From the NCBI GenBank assembly GCA_048270185.1, contig JBLWTJ010000003.1, positions 32,001 to 96,000 of the forward strand: a DNA stretch of 64,000 nt. The letters run 5' to 3'. Positions within the stretch are counted from its first letter, which is position 1. Each line of letters begins with the position of its first letter. The DNA is from Bacteriovoracaceae bacterium. GTDB lineage: Bacteria; Bdellovibrionota; Bacteriovoracia; Bacteriovoracales; Bacteriovoracaceae. Positions 10,135-19,578 of the stretch are shown piece after piece. A program made the position numbers and the translations under genes. The notes under the pieces are model-generated. The model saw only the letters and a program-made list of their open reading frames with translations, searched no databases and was not told where the DNA came from.

Positions 10135-10812
10135 TTAAGTTCGCTTTAAGTACCACCAGAAAAGTCTATTCAGTGGTGATAGAATTCCCGGTAAGAAGTT
10201 AAGGCGATTTTCTACCCATGAAATAACAAGGCAACCATCATCACTTGTTGCAACAGGTGCATGATGATCACTCTCTGTAAATGTTGAAAAATCACCTGTC
10301 GTTAAATCCTGTCCATTGCTTTGATAGCTTCCGGCAACAACATAAGAGTACTCTCGTCCACTGTGGCCGTGGTCTGGAATTGTTTCACCAGGTCCGACAT
10401 AGATAAAGAAGAGTCCACCATTTTCTCCCGAAGAAAGTTGAGCAACTCCACACTCTTTTCCAAACTCTTTCCACTTTACTTCAGTGTCCTTTACAAAGGC
10501 CATTGACTTAGGAAGCTCAAATTTACGATCATGAAAATTAACAGTAATGACATTATCTTCAACAACCTCTGAAGTTTTCTCTTCTTCATCTAAGAGATTA
10601 AGAATATCATTAAATGCATCATCGCTATTTTCTTTTTCGGATACTTCCTCAAAGAGTCGGTTAGATAGTTCATCTGTTTTTTGACTAATGTAATTACGAC
10701 ATTGCTGACAGTGATTAATGTGATTTGTTACTAGTAGTGAAATACCTGGCTCAAGTTGGCCATCGGCATACTTATTTAATACTAGGTTTTCAGGATGATA
10801 GAGCATATTCAT
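10135..10812 (-). CDS. chrR: ChrR-family anti-sigma factor
   Basis: N-terminal HP...HxxxCxxC zinc anti-sigma domain plus cupin (PDHGHSGRE, HHAP, GCL). Confidence 0.9.
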   Translation of the reverse strand: MNMLYHPENLVLNKYADGQLEPGISLLVTNHINHCQQCRNYISQKTDELSNRLFEEVSEKENSDDAFNDILNLLDEEEKTSEVVEDNVITVNFHDRKFELPKSMAFVKDTEVKWKEFGKECGVAQLSSGENGGLFFIYVGPGETIPDHGHSGREYSYVVAGSYQSNGQDLTTGDFSTFTESDHHAPVATSDDGCLVISWVENRLNFLPGILSPLNRLFWWYLKRT

Positions 10813-11360
10813 TTCTCCTCCTCCAATATAGTTTTTAAATTTTTAATTGCCAGTCTTGCTCGGGATTTAACAGTACCAAGAGGGATATTCTCCTTTTCGG
10901 CAAATTCACTTTGAGTTAGACCTTCAATATATAATCCATTTAGAACAGATTGTTGTTCATCTGATAAAGTAGAAATCATATGCTTTGTTTGGGCCAGTTC
11001 AAAAATTGTTTCACTATCATATTCAGTGACTTCTTCACTTTCATAAATATCTTGTGAACTGAGCTCAAGTGGATCTCGACTTTGTTTTCTTAGAAGATCA
11101 TATTTTAAATTTCTTGCTATGGTAAAAATCCAAGTATTTGGATTGGCGATATCTTTTTGATAGAGGTGTGCGCTCTTCCATACTTTAAGCATCGAATCTT
11201 GAGCTAGTTCTTTTGATACTTCACTGCTGAGACCTGACTTATGGCCAAAACTTACAAGGCGAGGATAGTAGAAATCAAATAAGGACTTAAAAGCCTTCTT
11301 TGATCTTTCCTTGGCAACAAGGCTTAGTAAATCTTCTAGATCTGATAGATTTAGTTGCAC
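10809..11360 (-). CDS. rpoE: ECF sigma factor (RpoE, ChrR-associated)
   Basis: TWIFTIARN, PLGTVKSR; overlaps chrR by 4 nt. Start moved to GTG 11360 (GAGG RBS) because the track start at 11498 overlaps the predicted promoter. Confidence 0.88.
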   Translation of the reverse strand: MQLNLSDLEDLLSLVAKERSKKAFKSLFDFYYPRLVSFGHKSGLSSEVSKELAQDSMLKVWKSAHLYQKDIANPNTWIFTIARNLKYDLLRKQSRDPLELSSQDIYESEEVTEYDSETIFELAQTKHMISTLSDEQQSVLNGLYIEGLTQSEFAEKENIPLGTVKSRARLAIKNLKTILEEEK

Positions 11361-11471
11361 ATTTCCTCTTTTATTTAAAACAGGCTCAATTTTATCACGT
11401 CCTCTCCATTTATCGAGTGGGTAATTAAGGATAAATTGATTTTGTAAGCTCAAGCTCTTCATATAAGTAAC

Positions 11472-11497
11472 TACGAAATTCCATCGTATTTGGATCA
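11472..11497 (-). promoter_or_regulatory. RpoE(ChrR)-type promoter for rpoE-chrR (autoregulation)
   Basis: Minus strand reads TGATCC-aaatacgatggaattt(16)-CGTA. Confidence 0.8.
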
Positions 11498-11575
11498 CTA
11501 AGGCCTAAAACTTTCTTAAATGGATCTCTTAAGTACTTAATATTTATAGAAAATAGTATTCTCTTAGCTTCAAGG

Positions 11576-11601
11576 TGATCCAATAATGACTTCATCTCGT
11601 A
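11576..11601 (+). promoter_or_regulatory. RpoE(ChrR)-type promoter for the lipid-modification operon
   Basis: TGATCC-aataatgacttcatct(16)-CGTA, 25 nt before the first ORF. Confidence 0.8.
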
Positions 11602-11626
11602 CTTACTAATAACGAAATAAAACAAG

Positions 11627-12901
11627 GTGAGTAACGTGTTTGAAAATTTAGGTGTGATTCTATTTATGGTTTTGGCCTACTTTATCGTTGGCTGGTTTAT
11701 CTGCTTTCGCATAAAAGTATTTGCATACCTAGACTTTATTTGGAGCTCAAGCTTCTTACTTGTGATGGGTATACTTTTTTATCAATATCCTCTTGCCCTT
11801 GAATCCTTACAAACAAAATTCATCTTTCTGATGTACACAATTTGGTCTTTAAGACTCAGCAGTCATCTCTTCTTTAGGATAAGAAAGCAAGGTGAAGATA
11901 ATCGTTATATTACTTTAAAGAAAGAATGGAAAATGATGTATGGAATTAAATTTCTGGGTCTCTTTGTCGTTGAAGCAATACTTACTTTCATTCTCTCAAT
12001 TCCTCTCTACCTATCTTTAGAAACTGAGTTTAGTTTCGTTAGTTATCTTGGTATTGCTCTCTTTATTATTGCACTAAGTGCTGAAATAATTTCAGATTCT
12101 CAATTAAAGAGATTTGTTGCTACAAATAAAGGTAAGGTTTGTAATGTTGGATTGTGGAAGTACTCACGTCATCCAAATTATTTCTTTGAGACACTAATTT
12201 GGTTATCATTTGGAATTTATGGGTTATCAACTGACTGGTGGAGTGCAATAGGCTTAATACCGTATTTAATTATGCTCTATCTCATTACCAATATTACAGG
12301 TGTACCACCTGCGGAAAGTTCATCATTGGCCTCTAAAGGTGATATCTACCGTGAGTATCAAAGACAAACAAGTCGCTTTATCTTGTGGTTCCCAAAAGCA
12401 GTTGTAATTTTTCTTTTAATTATTGGAGGATCAATGGATATGTCATATGCACAAGAAAGAACACAAGGATCATTATCGCAGCAAGATCGCATTAAGTATG
12501 CTTTTACAAATTTACGAGCAGATAATTTAGAGATTCTTGATGGCTTCTATGACCCTAAGACACTCTTTGTTGACCCTCTTGGTGAACATAAAGGAATTGA
12601 AGAGGTTAAGAAGTATTACTACAACCTTTATAAGAATGTAGAAGATATTAATTTTGAGTACCGAGATATTATTTCAAATGGAAACTCTCATGTCTTGATT
12701 TGGAAAATGAACCTAAAGGCACCAGGGTTAAACTCAGGTGAGCTTGTCACATTAGAGGGGAATTCGGTTATTCGCTTTAATGAAGCCGGACTTGTCTCTT
12801 ATCACCGTGATTACTTTGATATGGGAGAGTTTGTTTATGAAAATGTTGCGGTTCTAGGCTCTATTATTAAATACGTGAAAAAACGTATGAAGGGTGAGTA
12901 A
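11627..12901 (+). CDS. DUF1295 membrane protein fused to a SnoaL/NTF2-like domain
   Basis: GEDNRY, GLWKYSRHPNYFFE, YQRQTSRF; C-terminal FVDP...HRDYFD SnoaL-type domain. Confidence 0.85.
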   Translation: MSNVFENLGVILFMVLAYFIVGWFICFRIKVFAYLDFIWSSSFLLVMGILFYQYPLALESLQTKFIFLMYTIWSLRLSSHLFFRIRKQGEDNRYITLKKEWKMMYGIKFLGLFVVEAILTFILSIPLYLSLETEFSFVSYLGIALFIIALSAEIISDSQLKRFVATNKGKVCNVGLWKYSRHPNYFFETLIWLSFGIYGLSTDWWSAIGLIPYLIMLYLITNITGVPPAESSSLASKGDIYREYQRQTSRFILWFPKAVVIFLLIIGGSMDMSYAQERTQGSLSQQDRIKYAFTNLRADNLEILDGFYDPKTLFVDPLGEHKGIEEVKKYYYNLYKNVEDINFEYRDIISNGNSHVLIWKMNLKAPGLNSGELVTLEGNSVIRFNEAGLVSYHRDYFDMGEFVYENVAVLGSIIKYVKKRMKGE

Positions 12902-14139
12902 TGAAAATCGCGATCATTGGCTCTGGTATTGCAGGCCTTACATGTACTTATAAGCTTGCCTCAAATCATGATGTGACTCTATTTGAGGCCAATGACTACT
13001 TAGGTGGTCATACCCACACACATGATATCAATCTTGATGGAAGAGACTATTCTATTGATACTGGCTTTATTGTCTTTAACAAGAAAACATATCCTCACTT
13101 TCTAAAGCTAATTGAAGACCTAGATGTTTCTTATAAGCCAACTTCCATGAGCTTTAGTGTTTCATGTGAGAAGACTGGACTTGAGTATAATGGGACAGAT
13201 ATGAACCGTCTCTTTGCTCAAAGACGAAATATAGTACGTCCGTGGTTCTACTCAATGCTTAAAGGGATCATGGACTTCAATAAGCATGCCAAGGATTATC
13301 TACAAGATGATGCCGGTGATATCTCTCTGAGTGAGTTCTTTGAAACAAGAAAAGTTAAACCAAGTGTTATTGATTTCTATATTGTTCCCATGATGGCCGC
13401 CGTGTGGTCGACCGACCCAATCGATGTTTGGCGCTTCCCAGCTCGCTTTGTGTTACGCTTCTTTGAAAACCATGGCTTTCTTGAGGTTGATGATCGCCCT
13501 CAGTGGTACGTTATTGATGGTGGCTCAAATTCTTATATTAAGAAAATGCTCCCACATATTTCAAAAAGTGTTCGACTTTCAACTCCTGTCTTAGGAGTTA
13601 AAAGAGAAGAGAATCGTGTACTTGTAAAAACAAAAGACGGTGTTGAGGAATTCGATTATATCATTATGGCCACTCATAGTGATACTGCCTTAAAGTTACT
13701 AAGTGATAAGACTCAGGATGAAGAGCAAATTCTCTCTTCAATTCCATATATTGCAAACCCAACTTATCTTCATACGGATCGTAGCTTTTTACCTAAGAGA
13801 AAACTTGCTTGGGCCGCTTGGAATTATCAATTACCAAAAGAGAGTAGTGTCGGTTCAACTGTAACCTACAATATGAATATTCTTCAAGAGATTGAAAGTG
13901 AGCATGAATTTAATGTCACATTAAACCCATTTAATAAAATTGATCCGAGTAAAATTATTAAAGAAATGAACTATATGCACCCATTATTCTCTTTAGAAGG
14001 AATGCAAGCTCAGAAACGCTGGAGTGACATTAGTGGACGAAATCGTACCTTCTTCTGTGGTGCTTATTGGCGAAATGGATTCCATGAAGATGGTGTCTTT
14101 AGTGCTCTAAGAGTAATTGATCAGTTGGAGGGAAAATGA
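12901..14139 (+). CDS. FAD-dependent amine-oxidase-family protein (UfaD-like)
   Basis: [40 protein letters not shown]. Confidence 0.85.
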   Translation: MKIAIIGSGIAGLTCTYKLASNHDVTLFEANDYLGGHTHTHDINLDGRDYSIDTGFIVFNKKTYPHFLKLIEDLDVSYKPTSMSFSVSCEKTGLEYNGTDMNRLFAQRRNIVRPWFYSMLKGIMDFNKHAKDYLQDDAGDISLSEFFETRKVKPSVIDFYIVPMMAAVWSTDPIDVWRFPARFVLRFFENHGFLEVDDRPQWYVIDGGSNSYIKKMLPHISKSVRLSTPVLGVKREENRVLVKTKDGVEEFDYIIMATHSDTALKLLSDKTQDEEQILSSIPYIANPTYLHTDRSFLPKRKLAWAAWNYQLPKESSVGSTVTYNMNILQEIESEHEFNVTLNPFNKIDPSKIIKEMNYMHPLFSLEGMQAQKRWSDISGRNRTFFCGAYWRNGFHEDGVFSALRVIDQLEGK

Positions 14140-14912
14140 AAAGCTGCCTCTATACAGGTGATGTGATTCATCACCGCTTTACTCCAAAGAAGCACTACTT
14201 TAAGTATGGCCTCTTCCTAACTTATCTTGACCTTGATGAGCTTAATGACGTCTTTTCGAAATCAATATTCTGGTCTGTGAGTCGTTTTAACTTCGCCACT
14301 TTTAGAAGAAGTGATTATCATGGTGATCCAAAGAAAGACTTAAAAGAAGAGGTTCTTAATACAGTCGAAGAAAATATCGGTCATCGACCAACTGGACGAG
14401 TGAGAATTCTTACAAATATGAGATTCTTTGGTGTCTGTTTTAACCCTGTGTCTTTCTATTACTGCTTTGATAAGACAGAAAGTGGTGAAGAACTTCGAGT
14501 TATTATGGCCGAGATTGAGAATACTCCTTGGGGAGAGAGGTATACTTACTTCCTTGAAAATCTCGATTCAAAGCTGAAAAAAGAATTTCACATTTCCCCA
14601 TTCTTCCCAATGAATATTAATTACCATTGGAAATTTTCTAAACCAGAAGAAAAAATAAATATCAATATGGTTAGTAACCAAGATGGCCAAAAAGTCTTTG
14701 TTGCTAACCTTAATTTAAAGCGTGTTGAGATCAGTCGTTCAAGTCTCAACCGTATGTTGTTGCGGTATCCCCTCATGACCCTGAAGGTGATTGGGGGGAT
14801 ATATTACCAGGCCCTAAAGCTCTGGTTGAAGAGGGTGCCTTTCTATGAACATCCAAAACCAGAAAGCCGTCGAAGTATGCTTGTAAAAAAGGAGATTGAA
14901 TATGAGAAATGA
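14136..14912 (+). CDS. DUF1365 family protein (UfaO-like)
   Basis: [40 protein letters not shown]. Confidence 0.88.
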   Translation: MKSCLYTGDVIHHRFTPKKHYFKYGLFLTYLDLDELNDVFSKSIFWSVSRFNFATFRRSDYHGDPKKDLKEEVLNTVEENIGHRPTGRVRILTNMRFFGVCFNPVSFYYCFDKTESGEELRVIMAEIENTPWGERYTYFLENLDSKLKKEFHISPFFPMNINYHWKFSKPEEKININMVSNQDGQKVFVANLNLKRVEISRSSLNRMLLRYPLMTLKVIGGIYYQALKLWLKRVPFYEHPKPESRRSMLVKKEIEYEK

Positions 14913-16164
14913 AGCTGAAATTACAAATGGAACTGGGCAGCTAAGTGTTGTCTCAAGTGATAGTTGGATCCTTTCATCTCTTAAGAATCTAATCATTGGT
15001 AAACTTAATTCTCTTGAGAATGTTCGTCTTATAATTACCATTGGAAAAGAAAGGTATACTTTGGGACAAGGAGAGCCTCTTGTAGAGGGCGAGATTAATG
15101 TTTTTGATCTGAATTTCTTCATGGATATATTCTTAAGAGGATCGATAGGTGCCGCAGAGTCTTATGTTCTAAAGAAGTGGGATACACCAAATCTCGATAA
15201 TGTCATGAGTGTCTTCGCCCTAAATAAATCAACTCTTAGTCAAATGGATTCAGGTGTTGTTGATTTCTTAAAGCCTGTTCGCTTCTTAGAGTACTGGCAG
15301 AGCCGAAATACTCTTAAAGGATCAAAGAAGAATATCAAGGCCCATTATGATCTTCCTGATGAGCTCTTTAAGCACTTTTTAGATGATTCGATGATGTATT
15401 CGTCGGCCTATTTTCCAACGGAGAAGTCAACTCTCGAAGAGGCCCAACAGGCAAAGCTTAATCTCATCGCAGACAGGCTTCAGATTCGTCCAGGGGATAC
15501 TATTTTAGAAATTGGAACAGGTTGGGGTGGTCTTGCGATTCATCTGGCCAAAAATTATGACTGTCATGTTACGACAACTACAATTTCAGATAATCAATTT
15601 GCTGAAGCACAGAAAAGAATAAAAGAGAATGGCCTAGAAGATAAGATAACACTTCTTAAAGATGACTATCGTCTCCTTACTGGAGTCTATGATCGCGTCG
15701 TTTCAATTGAAATGATTGAAGCCGTTGGAGAAGCCTATCTTGATAATTATATTCAAAAGATTTCAAGTGTACTTAAAGAGGATGGCCTAGCTCTATTGCA
15801 AGTTATCACGATTAATGATCAAGAATATGCAAGAGCGGTTAAAGAGTTAGACTTCATAAAGAAGTTTATCTTTCCAGGAAGTTTTATTCCTTCTGTTCAC
15901 GCTGTTCTGAGTAGTGCCAAGAAGACTGATATGAGAATGTATCTTCAGTCTGACTTTACTAGTCACTATGCACGCACGCTTGAAGAATGGAAGAAACGAT
16001 TTAATACAGACACATATAAAATTGGAAAGTTAGGAACAGATGAAGAATTTATTCGTCTTTGGAATTTCTATTTTTCATATTGTATTGGTGGATTTGCTCA
16101 AAGAGCAATCGGTGTCTCACATATGGTTTTTGGAAAGCCTGAGTTTCGTGGTGAAATAAGGTAA
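14896..16164 (+). CDS. cfa: cyclopropane-fatty-acyl synthase family methyltransferase (UfaM/Cfa-like)
   Basis: [41 protein letters not shown]. Confidence 0.88.
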   Translation: MNMRNEAEITNGTGQLSVVSSDSWILSSLKNLIIGKLNSLENVRLIITIGKERYTLGQGEPLVEGEINVFDLNFFMDIFLRGSIGAAESYVLKKWDTPNLDNVMSVFALNKSTLSQMDSGVVDFLKPVRFLEYWQSRNTLKGSKKNIKAHYDLPDELFKHFLDDSMMYSSAYFPTEKSTLEEAQQAKLNLIADRLQIRPGDTILEIGTGWGGLAIHLAKNYDCHVTTTTISDNQFAEAQKRIKENGLEDKITLLKDDYRLLTGVYDRVVSIEMIEAVGEAYLDNYIQKISSVLKEDGLALLQVITINDQEYARAVKELDFIKKFIFPGSFIPSVHAVLSSAKKTDMRMYLQSDFTSHYARTLEEWKKRFNTDTYKIGKLGTDEEFIRLWNFYFSYCIGGFAQRAIGVSHMVFGKPEFRGEIR

Positions 16165-16174
16165 GGAGTTAAAA

Positions 16175-17200
16175 ATGTCATTAGTAATGAATGCAGTAGA
16201 AAGAGGACTTGTTCCTGAACCAATTGTTAGAGCAGGAATTAGAAAACTCATTAAACAGCGTAAAGATGAAATTGAATCTAATTTTGACTTTCATCGAGAT
16301 GGAATTATTGGTGAGTTCAATAAATCAAAGATAGCAGAAGAAACACAAGCAGCAAATGAACAGCACTATGAATTGCCTAGTGATTTCTTTCTCTATGCTC
16401 TTGGCCCAAATTTAAAGTATTCGAGTGCTCTCTATGAAGACTCGACTAAGACTTTAGGCGAAGCTGAAGAGTTAATGCTTGAAGCCTATTGTGAAAGAGG
16501 TCAATTTAAAGACGGACAAACGATTTTAGAGTTAGGTTGTGGGTGGGGCTCGTTAACTCTATACCTAGCAAAGAAATATCCAAACTCTAAGATTAAGGCT
16601 ATTTCAAACTCTCATAGCCAAAGACTCTTTATTGAAGAACGAATTAAAGAACGTGGATTAAAGAATGTTACGATTCTAACTCGTGATATCAATGAGTTTC
16701 AAATTGATGAAAAGTTTGATCGAATTATCTCAATTGAAATGTTTGAGCATATGAGAAATTATCAAGAATTATTCTCCAAAGTATCTTCTTGGTTAAAAGA
16801 TGATGGAAAGCTTTTCTTACATGTTTTCTGTCATGATAAAGCATCTTACTTCTTTGAAACAGAAGGCGAGGACAATTGGATGGGACGCTACTTCTTTACT
16901 GGTGGTGTGATGCCAAGCTTTGATCTTTTTGAGAGAATTCAAGATAGCTTTAGTCTTGTAAGTAAATGGAAGGTTAATGGTAAGAGTTATCAGAAAACTT
17001 CTGAAGCATGGTTTGATAATATGCAGAGTAATCGCCATAAGATCATGCCTATTCTTGAGAAAACATATGGTAAATCCGATGCAAATATTTGGTTTAATCG
17101 TTGGAAAATCTTCTTTGCCTCATGTGCTGAATTATTTGGCTACAATGATGGGAATGAATGGTTTGTTGGACATTTTCTCTTTGAAAAAACGAGAAAGTAG
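16175..17200 (+). CDS. second CFA/CMAS-family SAM-dependent methyltransferase
   Basis: ANEQHYE, LELGCGWG, SIEMFEHMRNY, YFFTGG.MP. Confidence 0.85.
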   Translation: MSLVMNAVERGLVPEPIVRAGIRKLIKQRKDEIESNFDFHRDGIIGEFNKSKIAEETQAANEQHYELPSDFFLYALGPNLKYSSALYEDSTKTLGEAEELMLEAYCERGQFKDGQTILELGCGWGSLTLYLAKKYPNSKIKAISNSHSQRLFIEERIKERGLKNVTILTRDINEFQIDEKFDRIISIEMFEHMRNYQELFSKVSSWLKDDGKLFLHVFCHDKASYFFETEGEDNWMGRYFFTGGVMPSFDLFERIQDSFSLVSKWKVNGKSYQKTSEAWFDNMQSNRHKIMPILEKTYGKSDANIWFNRWKIFFASCAELFGYNDGNEWFVGHFLFEKTRK

Positions 17201-17221
17201 AAGCTTAAAGTAACGGAGTCG

Positions 17222-17917
17222 ATGATGATTTTTGCAATTATTTTCTTAGTAGGACATTGGTATCTCTCTCTCTTTTGCCAATCCTTCTATTTACATCGCT
17301 ATATTTCACATCGACTTTGTTATTTAAGTCCAGGTTGGGATCGTTTTTTTCTCATTTTGACTATCGTCTCTCAAGGTCCAAGTTTTTTAAGACCTCAACA
17401 CTATCGTAAATTACATATGGATCATCATCGACACTCAGATTCAGAAAAAGATCCTCATTCTCCTAATACAAATCGAAATATCATCGAGATGATGAAAAGA
17501 ACTTACCATGAGTATATGAGTGCTAAGGCCTCGAAAGAAACTTTTCCAAAACTTGTTGCCTTTGCCGATTCGATTCCTGTTAGAGTCTTTTTTGTTTTAT
17601 TCTATGTCGGCCTATACTTGGTTTTTACCGATAGTTACTGGTACTTGTTACTCGTTCCTATCCATTCTTTTATGGGACCAATCCACGGTGCTATAGTTAA
17701 TTGGTGTGGACATAAATACGGTTATCGTAATCATGATTTGGAAGATCAATCTAAGAATACACTTCTTATCGACTTTCTTATGATGGGGGAGCTCTATCAG
17801 AACAATCACCATGCAAACGCTAATAGCTTAAACTTTGCGACAAGAAAAATTGAAATGGATTTCACTTATATGACTTTAATTATTTTGAAACGCCTAAGGA
17901 TTCTAAATTATGATTAG
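17222..17917 (+). CDS. membrane acyl-CoA/fatty acid desaturase
   Basis: His boxes LHRYISH, HMDHHRHSD...DPHSP, NWCGH, GELYQNNHH. Confidence 0.88.
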   Translation: MMIFAIIFLVGHWYLSLFCQSFYLHRYISHRLCYLSPGWDRFFLILTIVSQGPSFLRPQHYRKLHMDHHRHSDSEKDPHSPNTNRNIIEMMKRTYHEYMSAKASKETFPKLVAFADSIPVRVFFVLFYVGLYLVFTDSYWYLLLVPIHSFMGPIHGAIVNWCGHKYGYRNHDLEDQSKNTLLIDFLMMGELYQNNHHANANSLNFATRKIEMDFTYMTLIILKRLRILNYD

Positions 17918-18365
17918 AGTAATCTTCGTCTTTCTATTCATGAGTTGTACTTTTGCAAGTAACTTCAAAGAAGTAGGCAAAGGTATATTGACTTACATTT
18001 TTTGGGATGTCTATGAAGTGACTTACCTAAAAAGCGATAATGGACAGAATGAAATTATGAAGATTAAGTATCTCAGAGATATTGAACAGGACTTATCAAA
18101 GAGAGGATGGACAGAGTCCTTAGCTCATATCAAGGATGCGGATAAGCAGATTGAATGGCTTAGAGAGAGTACTGTGAATATAAAAAAAGGTGACCTTCTT
18201 ACATTGAGCCGCTCTAACGGTGAGAATGTTTCGATCAGTTATAATGGTAAAATTATTTCAAAAAAGAATAATGATAAGAAATTATACCGACTGATTTATG
18301 AACCCTGGTTAGGTGATAAACCAGTCGATGAAGATTTAAAGCAAGAGTTACTAAGTGGTAAGTAA
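17910..18365 (+). CDS. chalcone-isomerase-like periplasmic protein
   Basis: Signal peptide, VGKG.L..IFWDVY, YLRDI, KKGD.L, WLG; typical partner of cfa/DUF1365 clusters. Confidence 0.7.
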   Translation: MIRVIFVFLFMSCTFASNFKEVGKGILTYIFWDVYEVTYLKSDNGQNEIMKIKYLRDIEQDLSKRGWTESLAHIKDADKQIEWLRESTVNIKKGDLLTLSRSNGENVSISYNGKIISKKNNDKKLYRLIYEPWLGDKPVDEDLKQELLSGK

Positions 18366-18366
18366 T

Positions 18367-19389
18367 TTATTGTTGGTATACACATCTCATTAGCTTTCCA
18401 AGATTATCTCCCATCGAATTTTGAAGTGGCCCAAAGTGATTATAGGCCCATCCTGCATAGAAGTGTGGTGTCACACAACGATTTGCTGGTGCTTTATTTT
18501 CATTACTTGGATGTGTATTCTTCGCCTTTGTCGTGTGTAATTGAACATTGAAAGTCTGTAATAACTTATGAACACCACAGTAAGCATTAAAGTCTTGTGA
18601 TACTGAACCTAAGGTTCTTATTAATCCATTTTGCGATTTATCTGTTATTTTACAACTTGAATAGCTACGGTTCCAATCCTTAATACACGGACTAATATTT
18701 CCATAGCGATTAGGTGTAAATTGATACATTCCAATATTTAGACGACTCTCTTTAGGTTGAAGTTTGTCATAGTAGAACTTCACTCCAGCTGGTTTTTGGT
18801 AGTCACTTGGAGCATATTTTTTTGCTACATTTTGGCTACTTCTTAAATCTGCTGTTGAAAGACTTTCTTTATAGGCAAGACAGCCAAAGAACTTTCCCCA
18901 CAACTTTTTAAGTTCAGTAGGATTTGTCTTTCTTAGACGGTTGTGATCATTTGCAAAACGATTTGCGAGGGCAATTGTTTCGTCAGTAGGTAGCTTTTTA
19001 ATTGTTTTTGATAGACTTTCCTTCGTCACCTCACATAGGGGGTGTGATATAAGGCTTACTTCTTGATATTTTGAGGTATCACTTGGCATTTTAAAGGCCG
19101 AGGCCACTGACAGGGACATTTTTCTCTTAACACTTAATTCATTGATAAAGAAGCCAAGACCGTCGGCAAAACGATTGTGTCCTTTTAAATTATCAAGACA
19201 TGAATCAGTATCTCGTTGGGCCGAAAGCTCACTGCTTTGAAGATAAGTATCAACTTCTGTTGCAATTTCATCGGCAACACTAGTCCAAGCAAGCTGGTTT
19301 TGCGCGTCAGCATGGACGGCCTTAGTTGAAGACATTGCAAAACTCTGAAATGATAAAACTGCTAGAATTGTTAATACACTCGTTCTCAT
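18367..19389 (-). CDS. secreted protein with lytic-transglycosylase/lysozyme-like motifs
   Basis: Signal peptide; CLAYKES, IGMYQF, FNAYCG in SLT-like order. Confidence 0.55.
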   Translation of the reverse strand: MRTSVLTILAVLSFQSFAMSSTKAVHADAQNQLAWTSVADEIATEVDTYLQSSELSAQRDTDSCLDNLKGHNRFADGLGFFINELSVKRKMSLSVASAFKMPSDTSKYQEVSLISHPLCEVTKESLSKTIKKLPTDETIALANRFANDHNRLRKTNPTELKKLWGKFFGCLAYKESLSTADLRSSQNVAKKYAPSDYQKPAGVKFYYDKLQPKESRLNIGMYQFTPNRYGNISPCIKDWNRSYSSCKITDKSQNGLIRTLGSVSQDFNAYCGVHKLLQTFNVQLHTTKAKNTHPSNENKAPANRCVTPHFYAGWAYNHFGPLQNSMGDNLGKLMRCVYQQ

Positions 19390-19578
19390 TAAGAGTCTCC
19401 TTAAATATTATCTATTGTTTAAACATAACAAATACCTCAATAAATGCGACTATATTGTAGATTCTTCTGTGCTGTCTAGACGCTGTACATTAGGTAAGTG
19501 TTTAATATTATTATACTTGTTTAGTCGTTCAGGCGTACGATATAATATATTGAATTAACTAAGATAATTAAGGCCAAC

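Noticed and set aside
11425..11625. 66-aa minus-strand ORF in the rpoE divergent region
   Set aside because: Spans both ECF promoters and has no recognisable features; the region is better explained as regulatory.
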